From Myxococcota bacterium (GTDB taxonomy: Bacteria > Myxococcota_A > Polyangia > Nannocystales > Nannocystaceae): a stretch of DNA of 64,000 nt. Under the pieces are notes generated by a model. It did not search any database. It was not told the origin of the DNA and worked only from the letters and a program-made list of their open reading frames with translations. This document shows positions 9,380-18,699 of the stretch, one piece after another; positions within the stretch are counted from its first letter, which is position 1, and each line of letters begins with the position of its first letter. Where the stretch lies: contig JBCCHT010000024.1 in the NCBI GenBank assembly GCA_039028615.1, positions 32,001 to 96,000 of the forward strand. Reading direction: 5' to 3'. The position numbers and the translations under genes are program-made.

Positions 9380-10318
9380 GTGGCCCTACCGATTACGCTC
9401 GATCAGCTCGAGGTGTTCAGCGTCGTTGCCCGCACGGGAGGGTTTGCCGACGCGGCGCGGGAGCTGTCTCGGACCCAGTCCGCGGTCAGCAAGGCCATCG
9501 CGGCCATGGAGAGGCTGCTCGACTTCAAGCTCTTCGTTCGCTCCGCGCAAGGGGCCCGCTTGACCACCGAAGGCGTGTCCATGCTGGCCAGCGCGCGATC
9601 GGTGCTGGACACCGCCAGCATGTTCCAGGCCGACGCCTCGCGGGTGGGCTCGGCCGCGGCCGAAGGGGTGATCTCGGTGGCCATCGACGTCTTCTGCCCC
9701 GGGGCGCCCGTATTCGACGCCCTGGGCGCGCTCGAGCAGCAGTTCCCGGGGACGGCGGTGGTCGTGCGCACCGAGCAGCTGGCCTGGCTGTCGCGCCTGG
9801 TGCAGGGCGGGACCTGTGCGCTCGGCGTCTGCGGTCCGCGGGGGGTCGACCATCGCGAGCTCGACTCCGAATTCTTGGGCACGACCTGGATGGTGCCCGT
9901 CTGCAGCGCGGAGCACCCGGTGGCGGACCTCATGGCCGAGCGCGGGGCCGTCTCGCGGGAGGCCCTGGCCGCGCACACCCACCTTTACCTCACCGAGCGT
10001 GCGGACTGGCAGGAAGAGTCCGCGCCCGCACCCAACGAGGGGGTGACCGAGCGCCGCTGGTGGAAGCTCAGCGACCTCCACACCAAGCACCAATGCCTCC
10101 GCCGCGGCTTCGGCTGGGGGATGATGCCGCTGCACGTGGTGCAGCCGGAGCTCGACGCAGGAACGCTCGTTCGCTTGCGCATCGAAGGGCGAAGGGAGCA
10201 GTGGCCGCACGAGCACTACCTGGTGCGTCGGAGGGGCGAAGCCATGGGTCCGGTGGCTGAATTCCTCTACGCGCGACTGCGGGAAAACCTGCACCAGGGC
10301 TCGAAGACGGCCGAGTAG
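9380..10318 (+). CDS. LysR family transcriptional regulator
   Basis: TLDQLEVFSVVARTGGFADAARELSRTQSAVSKAI HTH and GFGWGMMP. GAGGAG RBS precedes GTG 9380. Confidence 0.93.
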   Translation: MALPITLDQLEVFSVVARTGGFADAARELSRTQSAVSKAIAAMERLLDFKLFVRSAQGARLTTEGVSMLASARSVLDTASMFQADASRVGSAAAEGVISVAIDVFCPGAPVFDALGALEQQFPGTAVVVRTEQLAWLSRLVQGGTCALGVCGPRGVDHRELDSEFLGTTWMVPVCSAEHPVADLMAERGAVSREALAAHTHLYLTERADWQEESAPAPNEGVTERRWWKLSDLHTKHQCLRRGFGWGMMPLHVVQPELDAGTLVRLRIEGRREQWPHEHYLVRRRGEAMGPVAEFLYARLRENLHQGSKTAE

Positions 10319-10412
10319 AGGGGGTATTCCACCGGCTCCGGGGAGGCGAGAACCCTATTCGCTACCGGGCTCGACAGGTCGTCGCTATCCCGAGGATCGA
10401 AGGAACGATCCC

Positions 10413-11612
10413 ATGAACGACTTCCACTTCATGCGTCACACTCTCGCGTCCGTTGCCGCCATGAGCTTGCTCGCCGCCTGTCCCTCCGACGACGGCGAGG
10501 GGCCCGAGGACGCCCAAGAGGCCAGCACCAGCGAGCCGGCGACCGAGCCCGCCGAGAGCACGGGGGGCGAGCAGCCCGGCACCAGCGATGGCGAGGCGAC
10601 CGACGCCACCGAAGGCGAGACGGCCGACTCTTCCGAGGGCGGCGACACGACCGGTGCCTTCGGAGACTACGAGCCCAACTGTGATGGCACCTTCGAGGTG
10701 ACCGCGCCCGATCCCAACTATCCGTGGACGCCGCTGTCCATCCAGCTCGCCTCCGAGGAGCTGAGCCCCGGCGTGTTCGTGGCCTACGACGAGCGTGCGC
10801 TCGAGCTGACGCCCGAGCAGGCGCCCTTGGCCACCAGCGCGGGCTTCATCATCGGCGAGGACGGGGTGTTGCTCGTCGAGTCGATGATCAACCAGCAGCT
10901 CGCCTGTCAGCTCTACGACCTCGTGCGCGAGCAGACGGAGCTGCCCATCCTGTACATCGTCAACACCAGCCACCACGGCGACCACAGCTACGGCAACCAC
11001 TTCTTCGGCCCCGACACGCAGATCGTCCAGCACGAAGAGACGGCCGACTTCATCAGCCAGCACTTCGAGGCCGACCGCGCCTGGATGATCCAGAACTTCG
11101 GCGCCAACCAAGGCATGGAAGAGGTGCAGCCGCGCGAGGCCGACGTTCGCGTGGGCGAGGAGGGCTGGTCGGTCGATCTCGGTGGCGTGACCGTCGAGGC
11201 CCGCTACTTCGGCTTCGGCCAGACCCACGGTGACCTGTGGGTCTGGCTCCCCGACCAGCACGTGCTGTGGGCCGGCAACGCCCAGGTCAGCGGCAACCCG
11301 GGCTTGCCCTGGTTGCTCGACGGCAACGGCGAGGCCTCCATGGCCACCACCCAGAACGTGGCCGACTTCTTGCCGCCGGATGCCATCGTCATCCCCGGGC
11401 ACGACGCGCCGCAGACCCCGGACGTCTTCGACTTCACCATCGACTACCTGCAGACCTTGCTCTTCGAGGTCGGCGAAGCGGTCGATGCCGGCCTGAGCCT
11501 CGAGGAGACCCTGGCCACGGTGACGATGGACGACTTCCGGGGCTACGTGCTCTTCGACTGGGTGCACCCGGTGATCAACGTGACCAATACCTACGGCGAC
11601 CTGACCGAGTAG
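10413..11612 (+). CDS. MBL-fold metallo-hydrolase lipoprotein (cyclase-like)
   Basis: Lipobox LLAAC, S/T/E/G linker, NTSHHGDHSYGN and IVIPGH. Confidence 0.85.
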   Translation: MNDFHFMRHTLASVAAMSLLAACPSDDGEGPEDAQEASTSEPATEPAESTGGEQPGTSDGEATDATEGETADSSEGGDTTGAFGDYEPNCDGTFEVTAPDPNYPWTPLSIQLASEELSPGVFVAYDERALELTPEQAPLATSAGFIIGEDGVLLVESMINQQLACQLYDLVREQTELPILYIVNTSHHGDHSYGNHFFGPDTQIVQHEETADFISQHFEADRAWMIQNFGANQGMEEVQPREADVRVGEEGWSVDLGGVTVEARYFGFGQTHGDLWVWLPDQHVLWAGNAQVSGNPGLPWLLDGNGEASMATTQNVADFLPPDAIVIPGHDAPQTPDVFDFTIDYLQTLLFEVGEAVDAGLSLEETLATVTMDDFRGYVLFDWVHPVINVTNTYGDLTE

Positions 11613-11623
11613 CGGAGACGGTA

Positions 11624-11658
11624 GAGCACGGGGCGGGGGAGTCCCTCGCCCCGTGCTC
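11624..11658. terminator. GC-rich hairpin between convergent genes
   Basis: Inverted repeat GAGCACGGGGCG...CGCCCCGTGCTC between the stops at 11612 and 11676; no U tract. Confidence 0.6.
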
Positions 11659-11675
11659 GAAATTCGGGCCGAGCT

Positions 11676-13013
11676 TCAGGCGGTGGGGTCGACGACGCGA
11701 CCCATGAACAACACCGCGCCCGAGACCCGGTCACGCACGAAGAAGAGGAAGGGCCGGTCGACGATGAACTCGGCCGGGTCCTGAGGCATCGAGGTGGGGA
11801 CCATCATGTCGGCGGTGGCGGCCGCCGCCTCGGTGCCCTGCTCGTCGACCTCGATGAAGGCCTGGTGGTACGCGTCGTGGATGTACAGGCCCTTGTTGCC
11901 GGGGAGCATCCCGTAAAACTCAGCACGGTGGGCCTCGAAGGCCCGGTGCACCCCCATGGCGTTCAGCGTCTTCCGCAAGGAGATGGACGGCGGGGTGAGC
12001 TTGAACTTGGGCAGTCCCACCTGCACGGCCCGCATGGCGCTGCGGTCCTCGAGCGTTTCGACCCATCGCGCCAACGTGGCCTCGCTCAGGCCGGCCTCGA
12101 CCGATGCGAGCCCCGTTGGTTCGGTGGGGCGCACGATGAGCATCGCGAGCCGGTCGCCGAGATAGGGGAGCTGCACGAAGTCGACGCCCGCGTCGGGGTC
12201 TTCGGCGTAGGCCAACGAGCGCATCAAGGAGCGCATCATCGGGACCTCGACATCGCCGCGGGGGGTATGGAAGGCCTGAGGGCGAGTCTTGCCGGGCATG
12301 AAGGGGCGGTGCCACCCCGCCTTGAAGTAGATGGCGTTGACCAGGGTCAGGCGGGTCTCGCTGCTGACGGAGCCCTCGGGCAGCACCTCGACGATGCGGT
12401 CTCGTGTTTGCTCGGCGACCCACGCGTTGATGCTGCGCCGAGATCCATCGGCGTCGTGGCGGAAATCCATCGTGACCAGCGGCGCTCGGTAGGCGGAGTC
12501 GGTGAACTCGATGAACTCGGGATCGATGGGCTCGGACTGCTCCCCGTAGAGTCGGTTGGCGATCGTCAGCTCGAGTTGTTTGAGGGTGTCCCAGTCGGTC
12601 AACAGCCCCGAGAACCCGTGGTGGATGGTGGCGGCGTCACCTCGCGGGGCGGGCGGAAAGTGGAAGGCCCGCGCCAGCTCCTCGGCGGTTTCGCCATTAC
12701 TGCCACCGAAGGCCATGCCGAACGCCATGGAGATGCTGGCGGGCGAGAACACCAGGTTGCTGGCGTTGCCCGTGGCGAGGGCCTGGCGGTGGAAATCGAT
12801 GGCGAACGCGTTGATGGAGGTTGCGGCGTCCGCTGCCACCACGGGGTCGCTCGGTAGGGATGCGGGCGGCTCGGACGGGGCCGGCGTGCCGGGTTCAGAC
12901 ACGGTTGCGGGGGCGCTCGGGCTCGCGCTAGGCGGAGCGGCGGGCCGGCATGCGGAGCCGACGAGCGAGACCAGGGACAACGAGAGCGGGAGGAGCCGAG
13001 TACAGCGAGACAT
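11676..13013 (-). CDS. serpin family protein (lipoprotein)
   Basis: NLVFSPASI, LVNAIYFKAGW, hinge EVDEQGTEAAAAT and FIVDRPFLFFVRD...VLFMGRVVDP; lipobox VGSAC. Confidence 0.95.
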   Translation of the reverse strand: MSRCTRLLPLSLSLVSLVGSACRPAAPPSASPSAPATVSEPGTPAPSEPPASLPSDPVVAADAATSINAFAIDFHRQALATGNASNLVFSPASISMAFGMAFGGSNGETAEELARAFHFPPAPRGDAATIHHGFSGLLTDWDTLKQLELTIANRLYGEQSEPIDPEFIEFTDSAYRAPLVTMDFRHDADGSRRSINAWVAEQTRDRIVEVLPEGSVSSETRLTLVNAIYFKAGWHRPFMPGKTRPQAFHTPRGDVEVPMMRSLMRSLAYAEDPDAGVDFVQLPYLGDRLAMLIVRPTEPTGLASVEAGLSEATLARWVETLEDRSAMRAVQVGLPKFKLTPPSISLRKTLNAMGVHRAFEAHRAEFYGMLPGNKGLYIHDAYHQAFIEVDEQGTEAAAATADMMVPTSMPQDPAEFIVDRPFLFFVRDRVSGAVLFMGRVVDPTA

Positions 13014-13096
13014 GGGGGTGCGGGTCGGAACGCATCGTAGAGACTTTCGCTTTCAGAGAACGTCGATTTGCGTCCCTGATGGGGCAAAACCGGCCC

Positions 13097-14170
13097 TCAT
13101 CGCTTGCGGCGGTCGAGCACCACCCGGTAGGCGGGGGTCCGAGTCTTCCGCCCGTTGGCCTCGGTGGCCCGGGCGAAGAACTTGCGGGCACCGCCCGTGC
13201 TCGGGGTCAGCGTGAACACGTAGGTCGAGCCGCGTCGCTCACACTCGAAGGGGATGGGCCCCGCCTCGCCACACTTCAGCGTGTAGCCGCGGCGGGCGTA
13301 CCAGAACAGCTCCACCGTCTCGACCTGGGCATCGCCCACGTCGACGTAGACGGAGAACTCGCGGCCGGCCATGGCATCGGCCGAGCGGCGGACCTCCATG
13401 TGGGGCCGCACCGAGGCGAGCTGGGTGGGCGGCTGCGCGGGGGCGAGGGGCTCGACGACGCTCGGCGTCCGGGTGCCCACCGCGTGCGCCAGGTGGTGGT
13501 GCGAGTTCTGGGAGTGCTCGCCGTTTTCACACTCGCGGTCTTCCCACTCGCCGCAGGGGGCGTGGGCGAGCCGGAACTCCTTGGGGCCACACTGCTCGTA
13601 GCTCATGATGTCCGAGCAGTCGCGGGAGTGATCGAGGCCGAGGGTATGGCCGATCTCGTGGGCGGCCGTCTCGCACAGGGCCCGGGTGTTCACGCCGCGC
13701 GGCTGGAACACGAACACGACCGAGTTCTCGAGCACGCGATTGGCGTGGGGAGCGATGCCGCCGACGGTCTCGGCGAAGCCGAGCAGGTCGGGCTTGCCGC
13801 CGACGTAGGCAACGGAATACGCACCACTCTCCGGGGCCTCGTCGACGACCTCGACGTCGAAGCCGTCGAAGCGATCCTGGACACAGCGGACGAAGCTGTC
13901 CCACTGCGCGTCGCTGCCCCGGAAGGCGGGGATCTGCGCCGAGTGCATGCCCTGGCGCGATAGGATTCCCGACAGCGCGCGACTGGGATCGTCGTCCTCG
14001 GCGGCGTAGACGGTGCCGCCATCGCGGTGCAAGACCACGGTGACGGGAACGGGACCGCGCGCGAGGCCGGGCAAGGCCCATCCGCGGTCGTGTGCAACGG
14101 CGAGGGTGGCGACGCCGACCGCTGCCGTCGTCGTCAATCCCGCGAGCACTCCAAGTAAGACCCTGGCCAC
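13097..14170 (-). CDS. secreted matrixin-like zinc metalloprotease (metzincin)
   Basis: HEIGHTLGLDH, Met-turn DIMSY and an N-terminal hydrophobic signal. Confidence 0.88.
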   Translation of the reverse strand: MARVLLGVLAGLTTTAAVGVATLAVAHDRGWALPGLARGPVPVTVVLHRDGGTVYAAEDDDPSRALSGILSRQGMHSAQIPAFRGSDAQWDSFVRCVQDRFDGFDVEVVDEAPESGAYSVAYVGGKPDLLGFAETVGGIAPHANRVLENSVVFVFQPRGVNTRALCETAAHEIGHTLGLDHSRDCSDIMSYEQCGPKEFRLAHAPCGEWEDRECENGEHSQNSHHHLAHAVGTRTPSVVEPLAPAQPPTQLASVRPHMEVRRSADAMAGREFSVYVDVGDAQVETVELFWYARRGYTLKCGEAGPIPFECERRGSTYVFTLTPSTGGARKFFARATEANGRKTRTPAYRVVLDRRKR

Positions 14171-14321
14171 GAAACGATCGACGTGAGGCGGCGCTGGTCA
14201 TTCGTAAAGCGGGCGCAAAGCGCACCTTGCCCCACCGTGGCGCGTCGCCACACATGCCGATAGGGCCACGATCCATGGGTCCTATGCCCCATTTGCACTC
14301 CCTTCGTGGTACGGAATCGAC

Positions 14322-16811
14322 ATGAAGTACGGATGGCTCGGGGCGGCGGCGGGGTTGGCGTTGGCGTTGGGCGGCTGTGGCGACGACGCGCCGGCCATGG
14401 CCGAGGGCAGCGCCTCGTCCAGCGGTGGTGCCGTGGGGACCTCGACCTCCGGGGCGGCCGATTCCACGGGGACCGACGACGGGCCGGCCGACAGCTCGTC
14501 GGGCGAGGAGCCCGAGCCCGTGCCCGAGCCGCCTCCGGTCGCGCCATTCTTCGAGCCCGAGATCGTCGAGGTGCCGGTGTGGATCACCGCGCCCGTCGAC
14601 GACAACCCCGACCTCGTACGCGAGGCCATCGACACCGGGGTGTTCACGCTGCCCGAGGTGGGCGAGGCGTACGGCTCGACCTGGTCGGAGCACGTGCCGG
14701 GGGAAAACGGAGAGCTCATCGCGGCCTCGGCCGATTCGCTCTACGCCGCGGCCGAGATCGAGGTGCCGGACGACCGCTTCGTGTTCGTGCGCGACGACAC
14801 CGTGCGCACCATGTTCACCAACAACACCAACCCGCAGCCGGGGGACGTGTATGCGAGCGGCCGAACGCGGGTGCCCTTGGCGGTGCAGGGCGACCCGGCC
14901 ACCGACTTGGTGATCGTGCAGGCCTACGGGCGTCGCGGTACGCCCGAGGTCCAGCTATGGAGCACGCCCGACGAGCTGTCCTTCAACTTCGCCGACATGA
15001 CCCTGCCGCAGTACCCGGTGGGGGATGGTTCCGAGCAGTACGTCGGGGTGCCGATCCTCAACAACACCTCGAGTGACACCCGGCATCTGCGGGCGCACGT
15101 GATCGAGAACGAGTACTTCGAGGAGACGATCATCGAGTACCCGGGGCTGCCCGCGATCTCGGCCTCGCAGATCGCCTTCCGGCTGCAGCCCAAGGCGCCC
15201 TTCGACACCGAGGGCATGGAGGTCCCCGCGATCCTGCGCATCGAGCCGCTGTGGTTCGAGCACTCGTACGAGCGCGAGGTCATGGTCCAGACCGTCTCCG
15301 ACGACGCGGTCTACCGCCGCACCCGACGCTCGGAGGTCGATGGCTCGGTGCAGTTTTACGGCGTGCGGCCCCCGGTGGAGGTCGAGCCCGAGCACAACTA
15401 CGGGCTCATCCTCACCCTGCACGGGGCGGGCGTCGGCGGGGCGGGGCAGGCCGCGGCGTACTCCTCGAAGCAGTGGGCGTACATCATCGCGCCGACCAAC
15501 CGCCGCCCCTTTGGCTTCGACTGGGAAGAGTGGGGCCGGCTCGACGCGCTCGAGGCCCTCGAGCACGCGGAGTCGTTCTTCTCCATCGACCCGCAGCGGA
15601 TTCACCTCACCGGACACTCGATGGGCGGCCACGGCACGTGGCAGCTCGGCGTGCACTACCCGACTCGGTTCCGCGTGATCGCCCCGAGCGCAGGCTGGAT
15701 CTCGTTCGATACTTACGGCTCGCTGGGCATTCCCGACGGCGTGCCCGGGGCGGCTCGGGCCGCGAGCAAGACCATCGAGTACATCACCAACTTCGAAAAG
15801 AGCCCCGTCTACATCATCCACGGCACGGCCGACGACAATGTGCCGTCCTTTCAGGCGCAGACCATGTTCGACGCGCTGCAGGGCATCGCGCCCGAGCTTT
15901 GGTACCACGCGCAGCCGGGGGCGGGGCACTGGTGGGACGCCGACCCGACCGAGCCGGGGGCGGACTGCGTCGACTGGGAGCCGATGATCGACGTGATGCG
16001 CGACCGGGCCGTCGACCCCGATCCGCTCGACTTCCGCTTCATCAGCGCGGGGGCCTGGGTCAACCCCGAGCACTCGTACGCGCGGATCTTGTCCGAGGAC
16101 AGCCCGCTGGCGCACCCCGAGCTGCTGTCGACCCTCGACGGCGACGCGGTCACCCTCGAGACCACCAACGTGCGCTCGCTCGAGATCGACGTGGCGCAGC
16201 TTTTGGGGCAGGGCATCACGTCGCTGACCGTCGACGGTGACGATGTGCCGCTGGACGGCAACGTGGTCACGCTGGGGCCCACCACGGGCAAGACCCCCGA
16301 GGTGCACGGACCGCTCAACCAGGTGTTCCACGAGCCGGTCTGCTTCGTCTACGCCGAGGACGGGGCGCCGCAGTATCGCGAGTACGCGGCCTTCCTGACC
16401 TCGTGGTGGTCGGTGATCGGCAACGGCCAGGCGATCACGGTCGAGGTCGGGGACCTGACCTCGGAGATCGAAGAGAACTACAACATCATCCACCTCGGGA
16501 TCCCGCGCGACGAAATCCTCGACTTGCCCGATGCGATGGATTTCGAGCTAGTCGACGGCGGGCTCGTGTTCGGCGGCCAAGAGTTCACCCAGGCCGCGCT
16601 GGCGTTCGTGTATCCGGCCGCGACGGGACGCTTGTCCGCGGTATGGACCACGGCGCCCGGCTTCGAGTACCTGCTGTTCCGCTACATGCCCTTCAGCTCG
16701 CGCAACGGGCAGCCGGACTACTACATCTGGCGCGCCAACAACTTCACGCGGGTGGGCGGCTTCTTCGACGCCGACTGGGAGTTCGATCCGTCGCTGGCCG
16801 AGGTGTACTGA
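14322..16811 (+). CDS. alpha/beta-hydrolase (S9/prolyl oligopeptidase-like esterase) lipoprotein
   Basis: Lipobox LGGC, LTLHGAG, nucleophile GHSMGG, IIHGTADDNV (Asp) and GAGHWW (His). Confidence 0.88.
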   Translation: MKYGWLGAAAGLALALGGCGDDAPAMAEGSASSSGGAVGTSTSGAADSTGTDDGPADSSSGEEPEPVPEPPPVAPFFEPEIVEVPVWITAPVDDNPDLVREAIDTGVFTLPEVGEAYGSTWSEHVPGENGELIAASADSLYAAAEIEVPDDRFVFVRDDTVRTMFTNNTNPQPGDVYASGRTRVPLAVQGDPATDLVIVQAYGRRGTPEVQLWSTPDELSFNFADMTLPQYPVGDGSEQYVGVPILNNTSSDTRHLRAHVIENEYFEETIIEYPGLPAISASQIAFRLQPKAPFDTEGMEVPAILRIEPLWFEHSYEREVMVQTVSDDAVYRRTRRSEVDGSVQFYGVRPPVEVEPEHNYGLILTLHGAGVGGAGQAAAYSSKQWAYIIAPTNRRPFGFDWEEWGRLDALEALEHAESFFSIDPQRIHLTGHSMGGHGTWQLGVHYPTRFRVIAPSAGWISFDTYGSLGIPDGVPGAARAASKTIEYITNFEKSPVYIIHGTADDNVPSFQAQTMFDALQGIAPELWYHAQPGAGHWWDADPTEPGADCVDWEPMIDVMRDRAVDPDPLDFRFISAGAWVNPEHSYARILSEDSPLAHPELLSTLDGDAVTLETTNVRSLEIDVAQLLGQGITSLTVDGDDVPLDGNVVTLGPTTGKTPEVHGPLNQVFHEPVCFVYAEDGAPQYREYAAFLTSWWSVIGNGQAITVEVGDLTSEIEENYNIIHLGIPRDEILDLPDAMDFELVDGGLVFGGQEFTQAALAFVYPAATGRLSAVWTTAPGFEYLLFRYMPFSSRNGQPDYYIWRANNFTRVGGFFDADWEFDPSLAEVY

Positions 16812-16838
16812 GGGCGAACGGAACGGTCGCGGCCGCCC

Positions 16839-17771
16839 TCACGACGGGGTCGGCGCATCGGAGCGGTGTGCGAGTTCGTTGACGATGCCCGCGACGCACA
16901 TATAGCCGTCGTGGGCGGCCGCGGTAATGCCTCCGAAGACCCGCTTGAGATCACCGACGACATACACGCCGTCGACGGCGGTCTTTCCGAAGTCGTCGGC
17001 CTCGTAGTGCTCGGCTCCCATGAAGGGGTGGAGGGCCGTGGGGACCCCCAGGCGCGCGGGTAGGTCGGTCCCCAGTTCGGCATGCGGCTCACCCAAGAAC
17101 CCGACGTCGCGCGCCACGCTGCGCCCATCGGCCAAGACCACGCGGCTCATTTTCCCTTCTCGGTGCTCGAGCCGGTCGATGGGTGCGTCTTCGATCGGGA
17201 TGGCGCGGGCGTCCAGCTGCTCGCGGTCTTCCGGGGTGAGCGGGTGTCCGTTGGTGAACACGATGACGTCGCTCGACCACATGCGAAGCAGGGGCCCCAT
17301 GTGAGCGGCGGCGACCGAGGCGAACACCGCGACGCGGCGATCGGAGAACTCGAAGCCGTCGCAGAACGGGCAGGGGAACACCGTGCACCCGTAGACCGCC
17401 TCGATGTTTTCGATGCCCACCGGGCGCAGGTCGGTCCGAAACCCGGTGGCGAACACGACGCGCTCGGCCAGCCGCTCGTGTCCGGCCGTGGTCACGAGGC
17501 GAAAGCCGCCGTCGGTGGGCACCACGTCTTCGACGCGCTCGGCCACGGTGCGGACGGTGGGGTACTTGTGCAGCTGTGCCTGGGCGATGTCGTGGAGCTC
17601 GGAGGCATGGGCCCCGTCGCGGGTCAGGAAACCGTGGCTGGCGTGGGCGACCGCGTTTCTCGGGTCATTGGCGTCGAGCAGCAGGGCGTTCAGTCGAGCA
17701 CGGCCGGCGACCAGTGTCGCCGCCATGCCCGCCGGACCGCCGCCGATGATGGCGAGCTGAGTGTGGGTCAT
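16839..17771 (-). CDS. NAD(P)/FAD-dependent oxidoreductase, thioredoxin-reductase-like
   Basis: IIGGGPAG FAD motif, VFATG, redox CPFC and GVYVVGD. Confidence 0.9.
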   Translation of the reverse strand: MTHTQLAIIGGGPAGMAATLVAGRARLNALLLDANDPRNAVAHASHGFLTRDGAHASELHDIAQAQLHKYPTVRTVAERVEDVVPTDGGFRLVTTAGHERLAERVVFATGFRTDLRPVGIENIEAVYGCTVFPCPFCDGFEFSDRRVAVFASVAAAHMGPLLRMWSSDVIVFTNGHPLTPEDREQLDARAIPIEDAPIDRLEHREGKMSRVVLADGRSVARDVGFLGEPHAELGTDLPARLGVPTALHPFMGAEHYEADDFGKTAVDGVYVVGDLKRVFGGITAAAHDGYMCVAGIVNELAHRSDAPTPS

Positions 17772-17853
17772 GGAAATGAGCGTGGGTCGCCGCGAGGCCC
17801 GGGCAAAGTGGGCGGGCTTGGCATTCGATCGGCCGATCTTTAGATTCGTCCCC

Positions 17854-18699
17854 ATGGGTCGAGCCGAGGCGCCGGGGGTCCACGCGATCGCCGTCCATCA
17901 CCGAAGCGGTCGGCTCGAGCCGCATGCCTCTCGGAGCCACTCATCGCATGTGCTCGGCTACATCGTGACCGGCGAGCTGCGGCTGCAGTACGGCGCCGTC
18001 ACGAGCGCCACCGCGGGCTGCATGGGCGTGATGCCGGCCGGCGTCCCGCACGAAGCCCTCGGAGGTCGTGGGGAGTGGTGGTTCGCCGAGTTCTGTGCGC
18101 CCTGTCATCAGCTCGACGAGATGCAGGCGCTCATGCGGCCCTTCGATCGCGTGCGCCGGGGCGCGACCCCCATCGTGCCCATCGCTGCGTCGCGTCGACG
18201 AAGGGTCGTTCGCCTGTTTCGCGACCTGCAGGAAGAATGCGAGCGGCGCGAGCCGGAGTCGCTGGACTTGGCTCGGAGCCTGCTCAACCTTTTGCTGGGC
18301 GAGGCGTGTCGCGCTGCGCCTCGCGTCGATCCGCCTGCGCCCAACGGCCTGGTCATCGACGCGCTGCAGTTCATTCAGCGCCGCGCGCTCGAGCCCATCT
18401 CGCTGCGCGACGTCGCCCGGGCGGTGCACCGCAGCCCCGCGCACGTGGCCGCCGTGGTCAAAGACGCGACGGGCCACACCGTGGGTGATTGGATTCGAGC
18501 CGCTCGGGTCGCCGAGGCCGCGTCGCTACTGGAGCACAGCAACGCCTCGCTCGACGCAATCGCGGAGCGGGTGGGGTGGCGCGACAAGACGCACTTCATT
18601 CGCCAGTTTCGCAAGGTGCAGGGACAGACTCCAGCCGCGTGGAGGCGAGCGCATCGACTCGGTGCGGCGGGGGATGGCACGAATGATCACGGGGATTGA
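17854..18699 (+). CDS. AraC family transcriptional regulator
   Basis: N-terminal cupin sensor and C-terminal double HTH (SLDAIAERVGWRDKTHFIRQFRKVQGQTPAAWRR); divergent from the oxidoreductase. Confidence 0.92.
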   Translation: MGRAEAPGVHAIAVHHRSGRLEPHASRSHSSHVLGYIVTGELRLQYGAVTSATAGCMGVMPAGVPHEALGGRGEWWFAEFCAPCHQLDEMQALMRPFDRVRRGATPIVPIAASRRRRVVRLFRDLQEECERREPESLDLARSLLNLLLGEACRAAPRVDPPAPNGLVIDALQFIQRRALEPISLRDVARAVHRSPAHVAAVVKDATGHTVGDWIRAARVAEAASLLEHSNASLDAIAERVGWRDKTHFIRQFRKVQGQTPAAWRRAHRLGAAGDGTNDHGD

